From positions 1 to 25,787 of IMG/VR virus record IMGVR_UViG_3300030708_001519: a stretch of 25,787 bases of DNA; one strand, given 5' to 3'. This stretch comes from a virus (Duplodnaviria; Caudoviricetes). Positions 1-9,200 of the stretch are shown piece by piece; positions within the stretch are counted from its first letter, which is position 1, and each line of letters starts with the position of its first letter. Both the position numbers and the translations under genes were made by a program. The notes under the pieces are model-generated. The model did not search any database, was not told the DNA's origin, and worked only from the letters and a program-made list of their open reading frames with translations.

Positions 1-186
1 CTCGATTTTTCTTGATGTGGAAAACTTAGATCGAGTATCCTCACCAAAAATGGTATCGACTGATACCTCATCACGCACCAAATAATCGACATCGATACCG
101 AAGTTTCGAATCATCTCCTTATGGAGATCCGAAACCAAGTTACGTTCCCGGTTAGGTCTTAGTCGAATATAAGGATTTGTGGCCAT
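1..186 (-). CDS. gp14: Neck protein gp14, N-terminal part (runs off the left edge)
   Basis: Manual translation from ATG at 186: MATNPYIRLRPNRERNLVSDLHKEMIRNFGIDVDYLVRDEVSVDTIFGEDTRSKFSTSRKIE. It matches the gp14 pattern NPY...L..DL..E.I...G.D..Y..R.....D.IFGED..SKF and starts 4 nt after the gp13 stop. Confidence 0.9.
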   Translation of the reverse strand, partial: MATNPYIRLRPNRERNLVSDLHKEMIRNFGIDVDYLVRDEVSVDTIFGEDTRSKFSTSRKIE

Positions 187-190
187 TCAA

Positions 191-982
191 TCACCCCGTA
201 AATATGTCAGGTGGTAGTTCATACATGTCAGCCATTTGCTCTTCGATTTTCTCCACCTCTTCATTGCCCTCAGAATACAATTGAGAACCGTTCAGAGAAA
301 CACCACCGGGCAACTGAACACTTTCATACTTGGAGAGATTCGCACCCCACTGCTTTTTGAATAGTGCGGTAACGTACTTCTTGAGAAAGCGATCATTGTA
401 AATCTCAGTGTATGTGTCTGGATTCAAAGCAACGTACGCTTCGAGAACGATGAACTGGCCGGTCTGAATATCCTCTCCCCAGTTCATGTCAAGATACAAT
501 CTATTTGTAACACGACTGAAACGAATCGCCTTTTCGGGATCAAGGTAGTCCCGAATCAGACTCAGATGGTTTTGAATGATCGTGTAGTCAGACATCATGC
601 CCGGTGAGCGAAGACCGTAGAGATCATTGAGGGCGATTTGATATGGAACACTAAAGATGTTGTTTGTGCCGGACTCCGAAAACTCAAAAACGCGAGTCAC
701 GGACATGATCTGTCTTCCGCTTTCTACTGCAACACCAATAGACGCTGCGTTTGCAGCGATAGAATCAGTGTCAATGTAACCATTCGAAACATCGGTGCTA
801 GTTACCTGATGCTTGAAGTAAGTACGCATAACACCATCGAAGTGATACTCCGAGAATGTTTGCAAGGCATCGTCAAGGCGGTCTTCTAGTTGTGAGTCAT
901 CGACGTTGATCTCGATGACAGGAAATCCTAGTTGCCGCAGACAATAGTCCTTTAGTTCTTGTCTACTCGTCGGTTGGGCCAT
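191..982 (-). CDS. gp13: Neck protein gp13 (head-tail adaptor)
   Basis: 263 aa with typical gp13 motifs (PTSRQELKDYCLRQLGFPVIEINVDDSQLEDRLDDALQ.F.EYHFDG; KKYVTALFKKQWGANLSKY...LPGGVSLNG; YELPP). SD GGAGG upstream. Confidence 0.95.
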   Translation of the reverse strand: MAQPTSRQELKDYCLRQLGFPVIEINVDDSQLEDRLDDALQTFSEYHFDGVMRTYFKHQVTSTDVSNGYIDTDSIAANAASIGVAVESGRQIMSVTRVFEFSESGTNNIFSVPYQIALNDLYGLRSPGMMSDYTIIQNHLSLIRDYLDPEKAIRFSRVTNRLYLDMNWGEDIQTGQFIVLEAYVALNPDTYTEIYNDRFLKKYVTALFKKQWGANLSKYESVQLPGGVSLNGSQLYSEGNEEVEKIEEQMADMYELPPDIFTG

Positions 983-1094
983 CTGGTTCTATCCTCCGCT
1001 TCCGCTTGTATGTATACGAGCGAGCGACTTTCCGAATTTTCTTTCGTTTATCCGGTCTTCGCTTTTTGTGACTACGGTACTTTTTAGGATCCAG
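963..1094 (-). CDS. Putative 43-aa Lys/Arg-rich micro-protein (CTG start; unannotated)
   Basis: Open frame (L/M)DPKKYRSHKKRRPDKRKKIRKVARSYTYKRKRRIEPDGPTDE* with AAGGGGG 5 nt before the CTG. It fills the gp13 upstream gap and overlaps the gp13 start by 20 nt. Confidence 0.35.
   Translation of the reverse strand: MDPKKYRSHKKRRPDKRKKIRKVARSYTYKRKRRIEPDGPTDE
1009..1016 (-). promoter_or_regulatory. T4-type late promoter variant TATACATA upstream of gp13
   Basis: One mismatch to the T4 gp55 consensus TATAAATA, 26 nt upstream of the gp13 ATG and followed by an SD. Confidence 0.65.
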
Positions 1095-1104
1095 AACAAC
1101 CCCC

Positions 1105-2412
1105 TTAGAAGTCGATCATAAGAGTCTTACGAATACTGTCCGCCGTGTCATATTCTCTAAATTTAGTATCCTTCTTTGCCTCTTGAAGAGTAACTAGGTT
1201 ATTGATTTCAACCAACACCTGATCGAACTGAGAAGCAGTTCCCGTAACACCCGCTGTTGCGTTGCCGCCAGCAGTTCCGGCACGAATCGTCGATAGAGTG
1301 AAACCACCGGATGCACCAGCAGGGCCCGCAGCATTACCACTCAAACCTCTAACAAATGCTTCTCGAATATAAGCGGGGTGACTTGGATTATCACCAGCAA
1401 CAGCGTGACTCGCATTGATGATGATCACCTGTTCTCGCATATCTGTCAAAATGCCTCTTAGATCAGAATTGATGCCCGTTGCAACTGTGTCACTCGCGGC
1501 AGAATAAGTCCCTCCAGTGAAACCGAATGTGAGTCCAAATGTCGCGCCGTAGTATGCGTCAAAGGATGCTCCAACGATTCCGAGATAACTTGATTTGAAC
1601 TGCTCGGTAGAAATCAAAGTCTTTTTAGCAGTAATTTGGAATCCGGTACTACCACTGATTTCGCCTTGAATCGTTGCACCAACGGCAATATTACCCGCTG
1701 TTGGTGAGTGCCAAACCGTTCCACCGCCTGCTGCCGCAGAAAAACCAGCATCAAACTGTGCGGTTGGGCCGGAGATACCAGCATTATCTCCCAAGTCTTG
1801 TGTGCTACCAACACCATACAAGTATAGTTCGAGAGACGAGGGATCCCATCTTGAAACGAATCCCTCTACAGTGATTCCTGTCGGTCCAGTCGCATTTGCA
1901 CCAGAGGCCCCAGTGATATTGTCTGCAAAGGTAAAGACTCGTTCACCAAAAGTAAAACCGCCCGTTATGTCGCCGGAGGGGCCTGTCATCGTGAGAACAA
2001 TTTCGGCACGCGGATCCATCGGTAAGTTATAGGTAGCACCTGCGAGATTTTTTCTTGCAAAACGAGCGGTGCTGATTGAAGCAGCACTCAGGGTTCCTTT
2101 CGCCTGCTTTGGGCCGTCCGAGACGACAATTGCTGGTTTATCAAGATATCGAAGGAATGATACAGAACTATCAAACGGAGTAGCAGTGCCGCCAGATGCC
2201 GTGGTAAATCCGGCTGTGGTTTCGTAATTATTATAGATTGTGGTAAACTCACCAGCACTTGAACCAAAAGCATTTCCGGCTGCGATTTGATCTGCCGTTG
2301 ATGCGAGTGCCGTGGTGGCACCGATAAATCCACCTTCCGATGTAAACAGAAAGTGTTTGTTGAGTGTGCTTCCACCGACAATGTTTGTATAGTTTTCGAG
2401 TGTCACTGACAT
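1105..2412 (-). CDS. Hypothetical Gly/Ala/Thr-rich virion structural protein
   Basis: 435-aa ORF with SD (TAAGGATAGGA), dense G-x-T/S motifs, located directly upstream of the neck genes (where wac sits in T4). Confidence 0.75.
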   Translation of the reverse strand: MSVTLENYTNIVGGSTLNKHFLFTSEGGFIGATTALASTADQIAAGNAFGSSAGEFTTIYNNYETTAGFTTASGGTATPFDSSVSFLRYLDKPAIVVSDGPKQAKGTLSAASISTARFARKNLAGATYNLPMDPRAEIVLTMTGPSGDITGGFTFGERVFTFADNITGASGANATGPTGITVEGFVSRWDPSSLELYLYGVGSTQDLGDNAGISGPTAQFDAGFSAAAGGGTVWHSPTAGNIAVGATIQGEISGSTGFQITAKKTLISTEQFKSSYLGIVGASFDAYYGATFGLTFGFTGGTYSAASDTVATGINSDLRGILTDMREQVIIINASHAVAGDNPSHPAYIREAFVRGLSGNAAGPAGASGGFTLSTIRAGTAGGNATAGVTGTASQFDQVLVEINNLVTLQEAKKDTKFREYDTADSIRKTLMIDF

Positions 2413-2427
2413 TGTTTTATCCTATCC

Positions 2428-4770
2428 TTAGAAATCACTACCTTGGAATTCAACCACTGCTCTAGCATTTACATCAATAGATGATGGTCGCATCTCACTA
2501 TTGACGGCGGTATCGTTCGCAAAATTTCCAACATTGTAACCATAAATATCAAACTTGATAACAAGACCACCATTCGCCGGAACATTTACTGCGTGCATCA
2601 AGTTTAGATTTGCTGTACTGGCAGATTGATTTGGGGGCCCCTCGCCTTCCCGTTGGGGAGTGCTATTGGCCATACCCATCTTCTGAGCGTGCTGACCCGT
2701 GAAGTTGAATCCAGCCTGCCTTTGATTGTCAAGGTTGAACTGTTCGTCGATGGGAATTGCTTCAGCACCAGTCATTCTACCATTACCGTATTCTGTTTCT
2801 GCGGCTAGTGATGAGTCAGTACCAGTGCCGTCAACATATACAAAGTTTGAACCCTTATCGACTGAAACAAACATACCACAACCAAACAGAGTTCTTCGGT
2901 TATCGCCATTACCACCCGGAATTGCTTCTGCTCCAATACGAAGTCTGATCATTGCTCGACCAGTGATGTAGTTACCATCACCGTCTTGACATTGAAGTGT
3001 ACCTCTTGTCCCTTTCAATCTACATGAACCGGCCGCGACTCCGGTAGGGGTCTTGTAGCCGGCGTAGGCCGATCCGAAGTCTACACCATCGTTTAGATCC
3101 CGTTCCAAGGGCTCGCCGGGATCAGAATCCGCATTTGAAAAATTACTAACGATGGTTGATGATGTGGAGTCATCTTGAGTTCTCCACTCACACGAAACAC
3201 CATCGGTGAAGAGATACTGCTTCTTACCATCAAGGAATGCCTGAGTATTACCGGCACTACCCTTGATATGCAAACGACCACTAACGATGTTGAGTGAACC
3301 GAAACCGTCTGGATATCCTTCGAAGGTTACACCATACTGATGCTCTGGGTAGGTGTCAAGGAATGCTTGTGTATCAACAACCTTTTCGGCACCAGCAGAG
3401 TAACCAGCGGTATGACCCCAAGGTGCATCACCGGCAGCAAGACCCAAGTAGTATGACTGGTGACCTGTAGGCCCACCAATGAGACCATCTTCAATTTCTT
3501 TACCACCAATAACCACATTACCCTTGCGGTCAATGTTCATAGCGATTCTTTGAATCGGATCGGTGTCGGTTTGGGAGTCATCGCCAGTACCAGCGGAGAC
3601 TCCGAGGTTGGTCATGACTGAGAACGAACCCTCAGTACCTCGAATCTCGACGCCAATGTTTCCGCCTGCTTTACCAGAGATTCTATCAATTACATTACCA
3701 GTAATTCCGTAACCCTGAATAGAGGTGTTGTTTGCACCCGTATTCGAAGCACCAGAATATTCAAACACGCTGCCTGGTGAAGCGTCACCAAACTCACGAA
3801 TGTCTAGAATTTCCTCTGCTTTACCATGACGAATTGCAAATGTCTGTCCATCGCCAAGAATGGTAAGTGGGTTATAGTTTCGATTGAAGTCACCACTTGG
3901 AGAGATAAGAGAGAAGAAACCATCAGCAGCAAGGGAACTTGTAGAACCGAGTGCGACTGTATCTTTCTCTAGGTTGAGAGCAATGAGTGGCGTTCCCTGA
4001 ACACCGAGAGTGTTTCCTGAGCGGAACAAAACACCCATGTTAGATGCAGCACCACCACCGATATCACCGTAGCGAATATAGAAACCACCAGTCTTGGCAG
4101 CGTGACCAGAGATACCATAGGCACTGTGTTGCTGGAACAAACCAACCTGAGCGCCTGTGAATCCGTAAAGTTCGACTTCACCAAACTGAGCATTTGACTC
4201 ATAGTCTGCGGTGATGTCACCACCGGATCCGCCTGACTGAGCAAGACCAAAGACAGCACCACCACCCGTGGCATACTGGACGAAGTTGCTGTACTCTGTG
4301 GTCGAACCTCCCGAGAAACCGGAGGTGAAACTACCGAGAACACCAAAAACGTGATCTACTTCTGAGAGTTGGCCTGGGTATACCTGCACGCCCGTGTACT
4401 GATTTTCACTACTAGAGTAGACTGGAACAGAACCAGCGGACGAACCAAGAGTAGCGACACCAGTAACAGTAATCGTGACGTTACCAGTTGAACCATTGAC
4501 TGTGTGTACAAATTGACCCTCGGGAATATTACTAAAGGTAACATTACCACCGAAGACAATATCTTGCGTCATGTTAGTGACGCCCAAGAAACCGATCTGA
4601 ACATTACTTCCACTGAAGTCAAAAGTCAAACCATCTTCATGGGCGGAAGACGGAGTGATGCCGGTAATGTCAATTGTGTTGACATCGGTAATCAAAGTAT
4701 TAGTTCGATTGAACCAAGTCTGGAATGTGTCACTCAAATTGAGTGGACTGATTGTTGCACCTACCGGCAT
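2428..4770 (-). CDS. Putative tail fibre / baseplate-attached fibre protein
   Basis: 780 aa, Gly-rich. It has the N-terminal LSDTFQTWFNRTN motif seen in fibres of T4-like marine phages, plus the fibre motifs VHTVNGSTGNV, MNIDRKGNVVIGG and QYLFTDG...W. Confidence 0.7.
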   Translation of the reverse strand: MPVGATISPLNLSDTFQTWFNRTNTLITDVNTIDITGITPSSAHEDGLTFDFSGSNVQIGFLGVTNMTQDIVFGGNVTFSNIPEGQFVHTVNGSTGNVTITVTGVATLGSSAGSVPVYSSSENQYTGVQVYPGQLSEVDHVFGVLGSFTSGFSGGSTTEYSNFVQYATGGGAVFGLAQSGGSGGDITADYESNAQFGEVELYGFTGAQVGLFQQHSAYGISGHAAKTGGFYIRYGDIGGGAASNMGVLFRSGNTLGVQGTPLIALNLEKDTVALGSTSSLAADGFFSLISPSGDFNRNYNPLTILGDGQTFAIRHGKAEEILDIREFGDASPGSVFEYSGASNTGANNTSIQGYGITGNVIDRISGKAGGNIGVEIRGTEGSFSVMTNLGVSAGTGDDSQTDTDPIQRIAMNIDRKGNVVIGGKEIEDGLIGGPTGHQSYYLGLAAGDAPWGHTAGYSAGAEKVVDTQAFLDTYPEHQYGVTFEGYPDGFGSLNIVSGRLHIKGSAGNTQAFLDGKKQYLFTDGVSCEWRTQDDSTSSTIVSNFSNADSDPGEPLERDLNDGVDFGSAYAGYKTPTGVAAGSCRLKGTRGTLQCQDGDGNYITGRAMIRLRIGAEAIPGGNGDNRRTLFGCGMFVSVDKGSNFVYVDGTGTDSSLAAETEYGNGRMTGAEAIPIDEQFNLDNQRQAGFNFTGQHAQKMGMANSTPQREGEGPPNQSASTANLNLMHAVNVPANGGLVIKFDIYGYNVGNFANDTAVNSEMRPSSIDVNARAVVEFQGSDF

Positions 4771-4773
4771 TCC

Positions 4774-5103
4774 TTACTCTCCCGTTGTGATCATTGATCT
4801 ATACTCGCCTACTGTGAGTATGTAGCAATCACAGACTTGCTTGTTTTCTTGAATCAACTTTTGAAGTCTGTGTCTTCCATCGATCAGTGTGTATCTTTTT
4901 TCTTCATCTAGTCCGTCTACTGCGATTAGAGGAAACTGAGTATCCGACTTGTTTACTCTTGTTTGATCCAACTCGCCTTCTTTTACTTTCAGTTCTCCAA
5001 CCGAAACCTCTTTAGTTTTTCTTCCCGTTTTATCGAGCCATCTAAACAGTGGGGGTAGTTCGATGTAATCTCTTTTTCCATCAACATAGTGCCTTCTAAT
5101 CAT
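4774..5103 (-). CDS. Small ParB/Srx N-terminal (ParBc-like) domain protein
   Basis: 109 aa with R...SDTQFPLIAV...YTLIDGRHRLQK, the ParB/sulfiredoxin P-hh...IDGxHR signature. ATGA overlap with the upstream gene. Confidence 0.75.
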   Translation of the reverse strand: MIRRHYVDGKRDYIELPPLFRWLDKTGRKTKEVSVGELKVKEGELDQTRVNKSDTQFPLIAVDGLDEEKRYTLIDGRHRLQKLIQENKQVCDCYILTVGEYRSMITTGE

Positions 5104-5693
5104 AGGTTTGGATACACTCTAAATCCAAAACTGAGTCTATTTGTGTTTGAGTAAACACAATGCCAAAGTCGGTCGTGTGTATCCCCAATGTCAAACACTC
5201 TCATAGTAAAACCTTTTTGATCCCAAGAGGTCTTTATTGAACCATCTTCATCAAGATAACGAAAGTAAGACTTCTTGTCCTCGAATGAGTAATTCAGATA
5301 GACTCGCTTTCCGGGTGAATTTGAGTTTGTGTGCCACCCCATGTACCCATTTTGCGGATACCAAAATTTGCCACTCAACATCACGCTGTGCTTGGGAAAC
5401 ATTCTGTAAACGTAATCCATCAATGCCTTTTTGATTGGTTCAACATTGACATGGAACATAAATCTTTGTTTGTTTATGGGAGCATCCCCCTCATGTCGAA
5501 TTTGTTCTAGTTTATCTTTACCTACGATCACATGAGGATCTTCTTTGTCTCCCACATACGCATCATAATTGTGATCGACAAATGAGGTTGGATCAGACTC
5601 AAAAGCCTTGATCCAAGGCATTGTAATTCTGTACAATTCTGCATCATGTACGACATGCTCTTCGAATCGAGCAGTCGAAGTTTCACCAACCAT
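5100..5693 (-). CDS. 2OG-Fe(II) oxygenase-like (double-stranded beta-helix) protein
   Basis: Motifs FWYPQNGYMGWHTN ... LWHCVYSNTNRLSFGF give Hx(N)...H...RxS. The likely start is ATG at 5693 (AAGGA upstream, 11-nt overlap with the previous gene) rather than the 5765 start in the track. Confidence 0.7.
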   Translation of the reverse strand: MVGETSTARFEEHVVHDAELYRITMPWIKAFESDPTSFVDHNYDAYVGDKEDPHVIVGKDKLEQIRHEGDAPINKQRFMFHVNVEPIKKALMDYVYRMFPKHSVMLSGKFWYPQNGYMGWHTNSNSPGKRVYLNYSFEDKKSYFRYLDEDGSIKTSWDQKGFTMRVFDIGDTHDRLWHCVYSNTNRLSFGFRVYPNL

Positions 5694-6186
5694 TCTTCTT
5701 ATTCCTTCCGGGGTGATTTTGCAAAGAGGAGGGCAACACCTCTTCTTCATCATCTGGAGCGCCAAATATGATATGAGGTCTCACGTTGTATAGTTCATCT
5801 GGAGTTTCTGCTTTACTCAAATCAAGTGTATTCGGCAAGTCTCGAAGTTGTTGTTTTACTGCCTGAATATACTGAAGTCTGTCTTTATCATTTCTTTCCA
5901 AGGCTTTAGTCGTGTTCAAGTCATAAGCCTTGATTACAAAATTTCTAGACTCACGCAAAACAGCCATATGGTATTCTCTAGCCAAGTCCATATCAACATA
6001 AATCCCAACTGGATTTCCAGATGCGTCATAATTGTATCTCCAACACCGTTGGAAATACGCCCAAGATCTTTTAGTGGCTATTTCGTGTTCTTTAGGCAAT
6101 CTCAACACTTTGGATCCTTTTGGAACATTACCATGTACCAAGACCTGAATATTTTCCTCACCTTTTGCTATGTAAGTAGTAATCAT
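5683..6186 (-). CDS. Putative tail fibre assembly chaperone
   Basis: 167 aa with VDMDLAREYH...LRESRN...YD.....ALE..D.......KQQLRDLP...L..A.TPDEL, the KQxLRDxP signature of small proteins that follow phage fibre genes. Confidence 0.65.
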   Translation of the reverse strand: MITTYIAKGEENIQVLVHGNVPKGSKVLRLPKEHEIATKRSWAYFQRCWRYNYDASGNPVGIYVDMDLAREYHMAVLRESRNFVIKAYDLNTTKALERNDKDRLQYIQAVKQQLRDLPNTLDLSKAETPDELYNVRPHIIFGAPDDEEEVLPSSLQNHPGRNKKNGW

Positions 6187-6201
6187 TTTAGGTAACTATC
6201 C

Positions 6202-9200
6202 TTATAGTGGAATAATGGTCTGTCCCTCACCGGCCGGTGAAGTTGAGTTATCTGGGTTGGTTACTGCGGAATCATTCCTTGAGCCGAACACGACAAAGTT
6301 GAGTATACCTTCACTGCCGGATGGGGCATACAAACCACTCCCGCGGCCGCTGGAACTCGGATCTGCGGCGTCCCAATTGACAAAGTTTTTTCCGTTACCA
6401 TCATCATTACTATCGTACTCTGTCATCGTAAGATTTGCCGTTCGGAGTGTGAATGACGGCTTACCGGAAGCATCCAATTTCTTATCACTAACTGTGACTC
6501 TTGAAGACACTTTCGTTGAAAAGTCGCGAGAAAACCGCGCATTGAATGATTCACCGAGGCCGCCAATTTCTGTTTGCTCGGCAAGGACAACAATGTTCAA
6601 AGTATCACCCGATTCTGGGTCGCCATCACTGTCAGCATCCACGGCCGTCAAGTTGCCTGCTGGTAGAGTTACAGTGTACGCGCCGGTGTCTGCTCTCGAT
6701 ACACTATCAACATTGTATGATCTTAGGATTGTTGGTACTCCACTTACAACCTTTATGCAACCCCAAGCCTTGGCGGTGTTGATCGCTACGACATGACCCT
6801 CATTCTCACCGGGAGGAGGGGGTGCAACAACACTTCTAGGAGTATCAATCGCTGCACATCTGAGTCTACGAATGACTGGGCCAAGACCATCACCTGAGTG
6901 GTTTGAATCACCACTACCGACTGGTGAATACAATACAATCTTGACTTGATACGCGATGAACTCTTCATTTTCTGGCATCAACGATGTAGTAAGATCGGTT
7001 GGTGTGGCCAAATTGCCTTCATCGTCTGTGAAAGCGGCGCTTAGCACCGCTGGAGTAAACTTCACATCGATACCATCAACACCTTGATTTGCAGCAAAGT
7101 CCACGACACGGCCGGGGTCAGCATTTGGAAGTCCAGCAACACTATCATCCACTCCATCGGGGAACAACTGAATGTAAGGAAGATCATCGAAGTCTTCAAT
7201 CGTATCAGGGCCTTGTGCCTTGACGAACACATGAATTCTTGATCCTGCTGGAATGTCTGCCTGAATGTATGCTCTGAAGTCCCGAGCAGGTCGTTCTAGA
7301 ACAACCTTCTTAGAGATGTATTTAGAAATGACCGTGCTAGATTCACCATTGGCATTTAGTTCCTCTGGCGGAGCCCCAACCACTGCTGGATTGTTAGACT
7401 GCATTTCAACTCTAAGCAATGCAAGTCTTTCGGCATCAAGAATAGGAGACACTCTCTTCTGTTCATCAGCGGAAAGTCGAGCGAAGATCCTACCTTGATT
7501 TCCTGCTCCACCAACGATCCCCTTTTCATCTAGGACAACATCACTGTTGACTGGCACAGTAACGTCAATCGTTGAAGATGTATCGAAATCGTCGTATCGC
7601 AATACCGATGAAATACTGATGTCATTGCCTGATGGAACAATTTGATTGTTCGCAGCAAACTTTGTGAGATTCATACCATCGACGCCCTCGGTAGTCTCCG
7701 TTGCAAAGTTCACCTCTCTAGCGGAGAGACTTTGCTCTGCACCAGTAAAGTCGGCACGAATAAGATCGAACATCAGAACTCTATCGGTGTATGGTTCTCT
7801 AGAACCGTTGTTCGTCGGCAAGAATAGACCGTTTGTGTACGGAACTTGAGAAACCGTATCATCAATCGGATTACCAAACTTGTCAATCACTGTCTGACCA
7901 ATCAAACCACTATGGAGAGAGAAGTCACTATCATTACAACGAACCGTCAATGCGTGTCTACCAGGCGGAAGGAAAACAGGACTACTGAATTCGAATAGAG
8001 TTCCGCTTGCATCACTTGGGTTTATGTTGACTGTTACATTGGAGTCCGTAATAGACTTAGTAACCTGTGAGAATCTGTGTACGGTGTTGATAGACGGTGA
8101 GTTACCGTTTGTGGCATCACATGGTCTAAGATCAACGAAAATAGGTGTGTCTGGATTGAACGGTGCCGTTCTTACAAACAACCGGACTCCAGTAACAAAC
8201 GTACCCAATGGGAACTGTCCCTTGTCCACCGTAAAGGTTTGAGCCAGTGGGAGAACACCTTGGTTTGGTTCGCTTAGGTTTCCATCATCATTGAGTTCAA
8301 ACACACTGGATTGTCTAACACTAAATCTGGTCTTGACGGGGGGTCTAACAGAAATCGAGTTTACATCTGTTTCCTCTTGGTCTAGAATACCCTGTGCATA
8401 GAAAGTGTCTTCTGCGATAGCGTTCGAGGCACTAACTCGGCCAAGACTGTCATCTAAGAATTGAACTCTCTTGGCGCCTGCTTGGTATGTACCCTTCTGT
8501 AGTGCAATGTTCGCAGAGAACGAACCAGTGCTTCCAACCTCGTAGCCTCCAACGGAGCCGATTCCCACGTTGTCCATAAATGCGTATGCAGTTGAACCGG
8601 GAATCATTCCCTCAACCGTACACTTGAGAGTAACCGCTCTCATGAAGGGAACAACACTTAGATCAACGACCCTGTTGCCTACGGTTCGAGTAATTCTATT
8701 GGAGAAGATTCTCTTCACAAACCCAGATCGGATTGAACCTCTGTATTGTCTGTTTCTGTAATCCTCTGGATCAGTTGAAATGGTATCAGACTTCTTCTTG
8801 TTTCCGTACCAGAAAGCATTCCACTCATTCCATCTAGAACCCCACCCCAAAGACCTACCGGACTTGAAAGAGGTAGCAGCGGATTCATAGGCATTGTTTT
8901 CACCAATGGTATTTACAACCACGATTGGAACCGTGGTGGTATCAAACCAGTAATCACTTTGTGGATTGAGTTTTACCGTACCAAGATAGTCAATGACTGC
9001 ATCTGGATTTGCCTTCTCGAATGAGTTTGCCTTACGAGAGAGGATGACATCTGAGGTTGAGTAGTCAAGCGTGTAGATGCCATCCGGTGACATTGTTACA
9101 CCAGAGTTTATAGACGACTGTGTGAGACCAAGAGCGTCTGCGACAAATGCTGGTCTAATTTCTCTAGACTCAGCATCGATAGACACGTTGTGATCTCTGT

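Noticed and set aside
999-1099. Alternative TTG-start frame in the gp13 upstream gap (LFWILKSTVV...SGSGG*)
   Set aside because: The TTG directly abuts the G-run with no SD spacing, and the peptide is unremarkable.
4774-5103. ParABS partition system
   Set aside because: No ParA, no HTH domain and no parS-like palindromes seen.
5694-5765. N-terminal extension MALQMMKKRCCPPLCK of the oxygenase as given in the ORF track
   Set aside because: It would need an 83-nt overlap and has no clear SD. The ATG at 5693 has AAGGA upstream and a short overlap. A start at the ATGATG near 5753 is not fully excluded.
6215-6796. 193-aa plus-strand ORF
   Set aside because: Antisense to the VrlC C-terminus; codon-mirror artefact.
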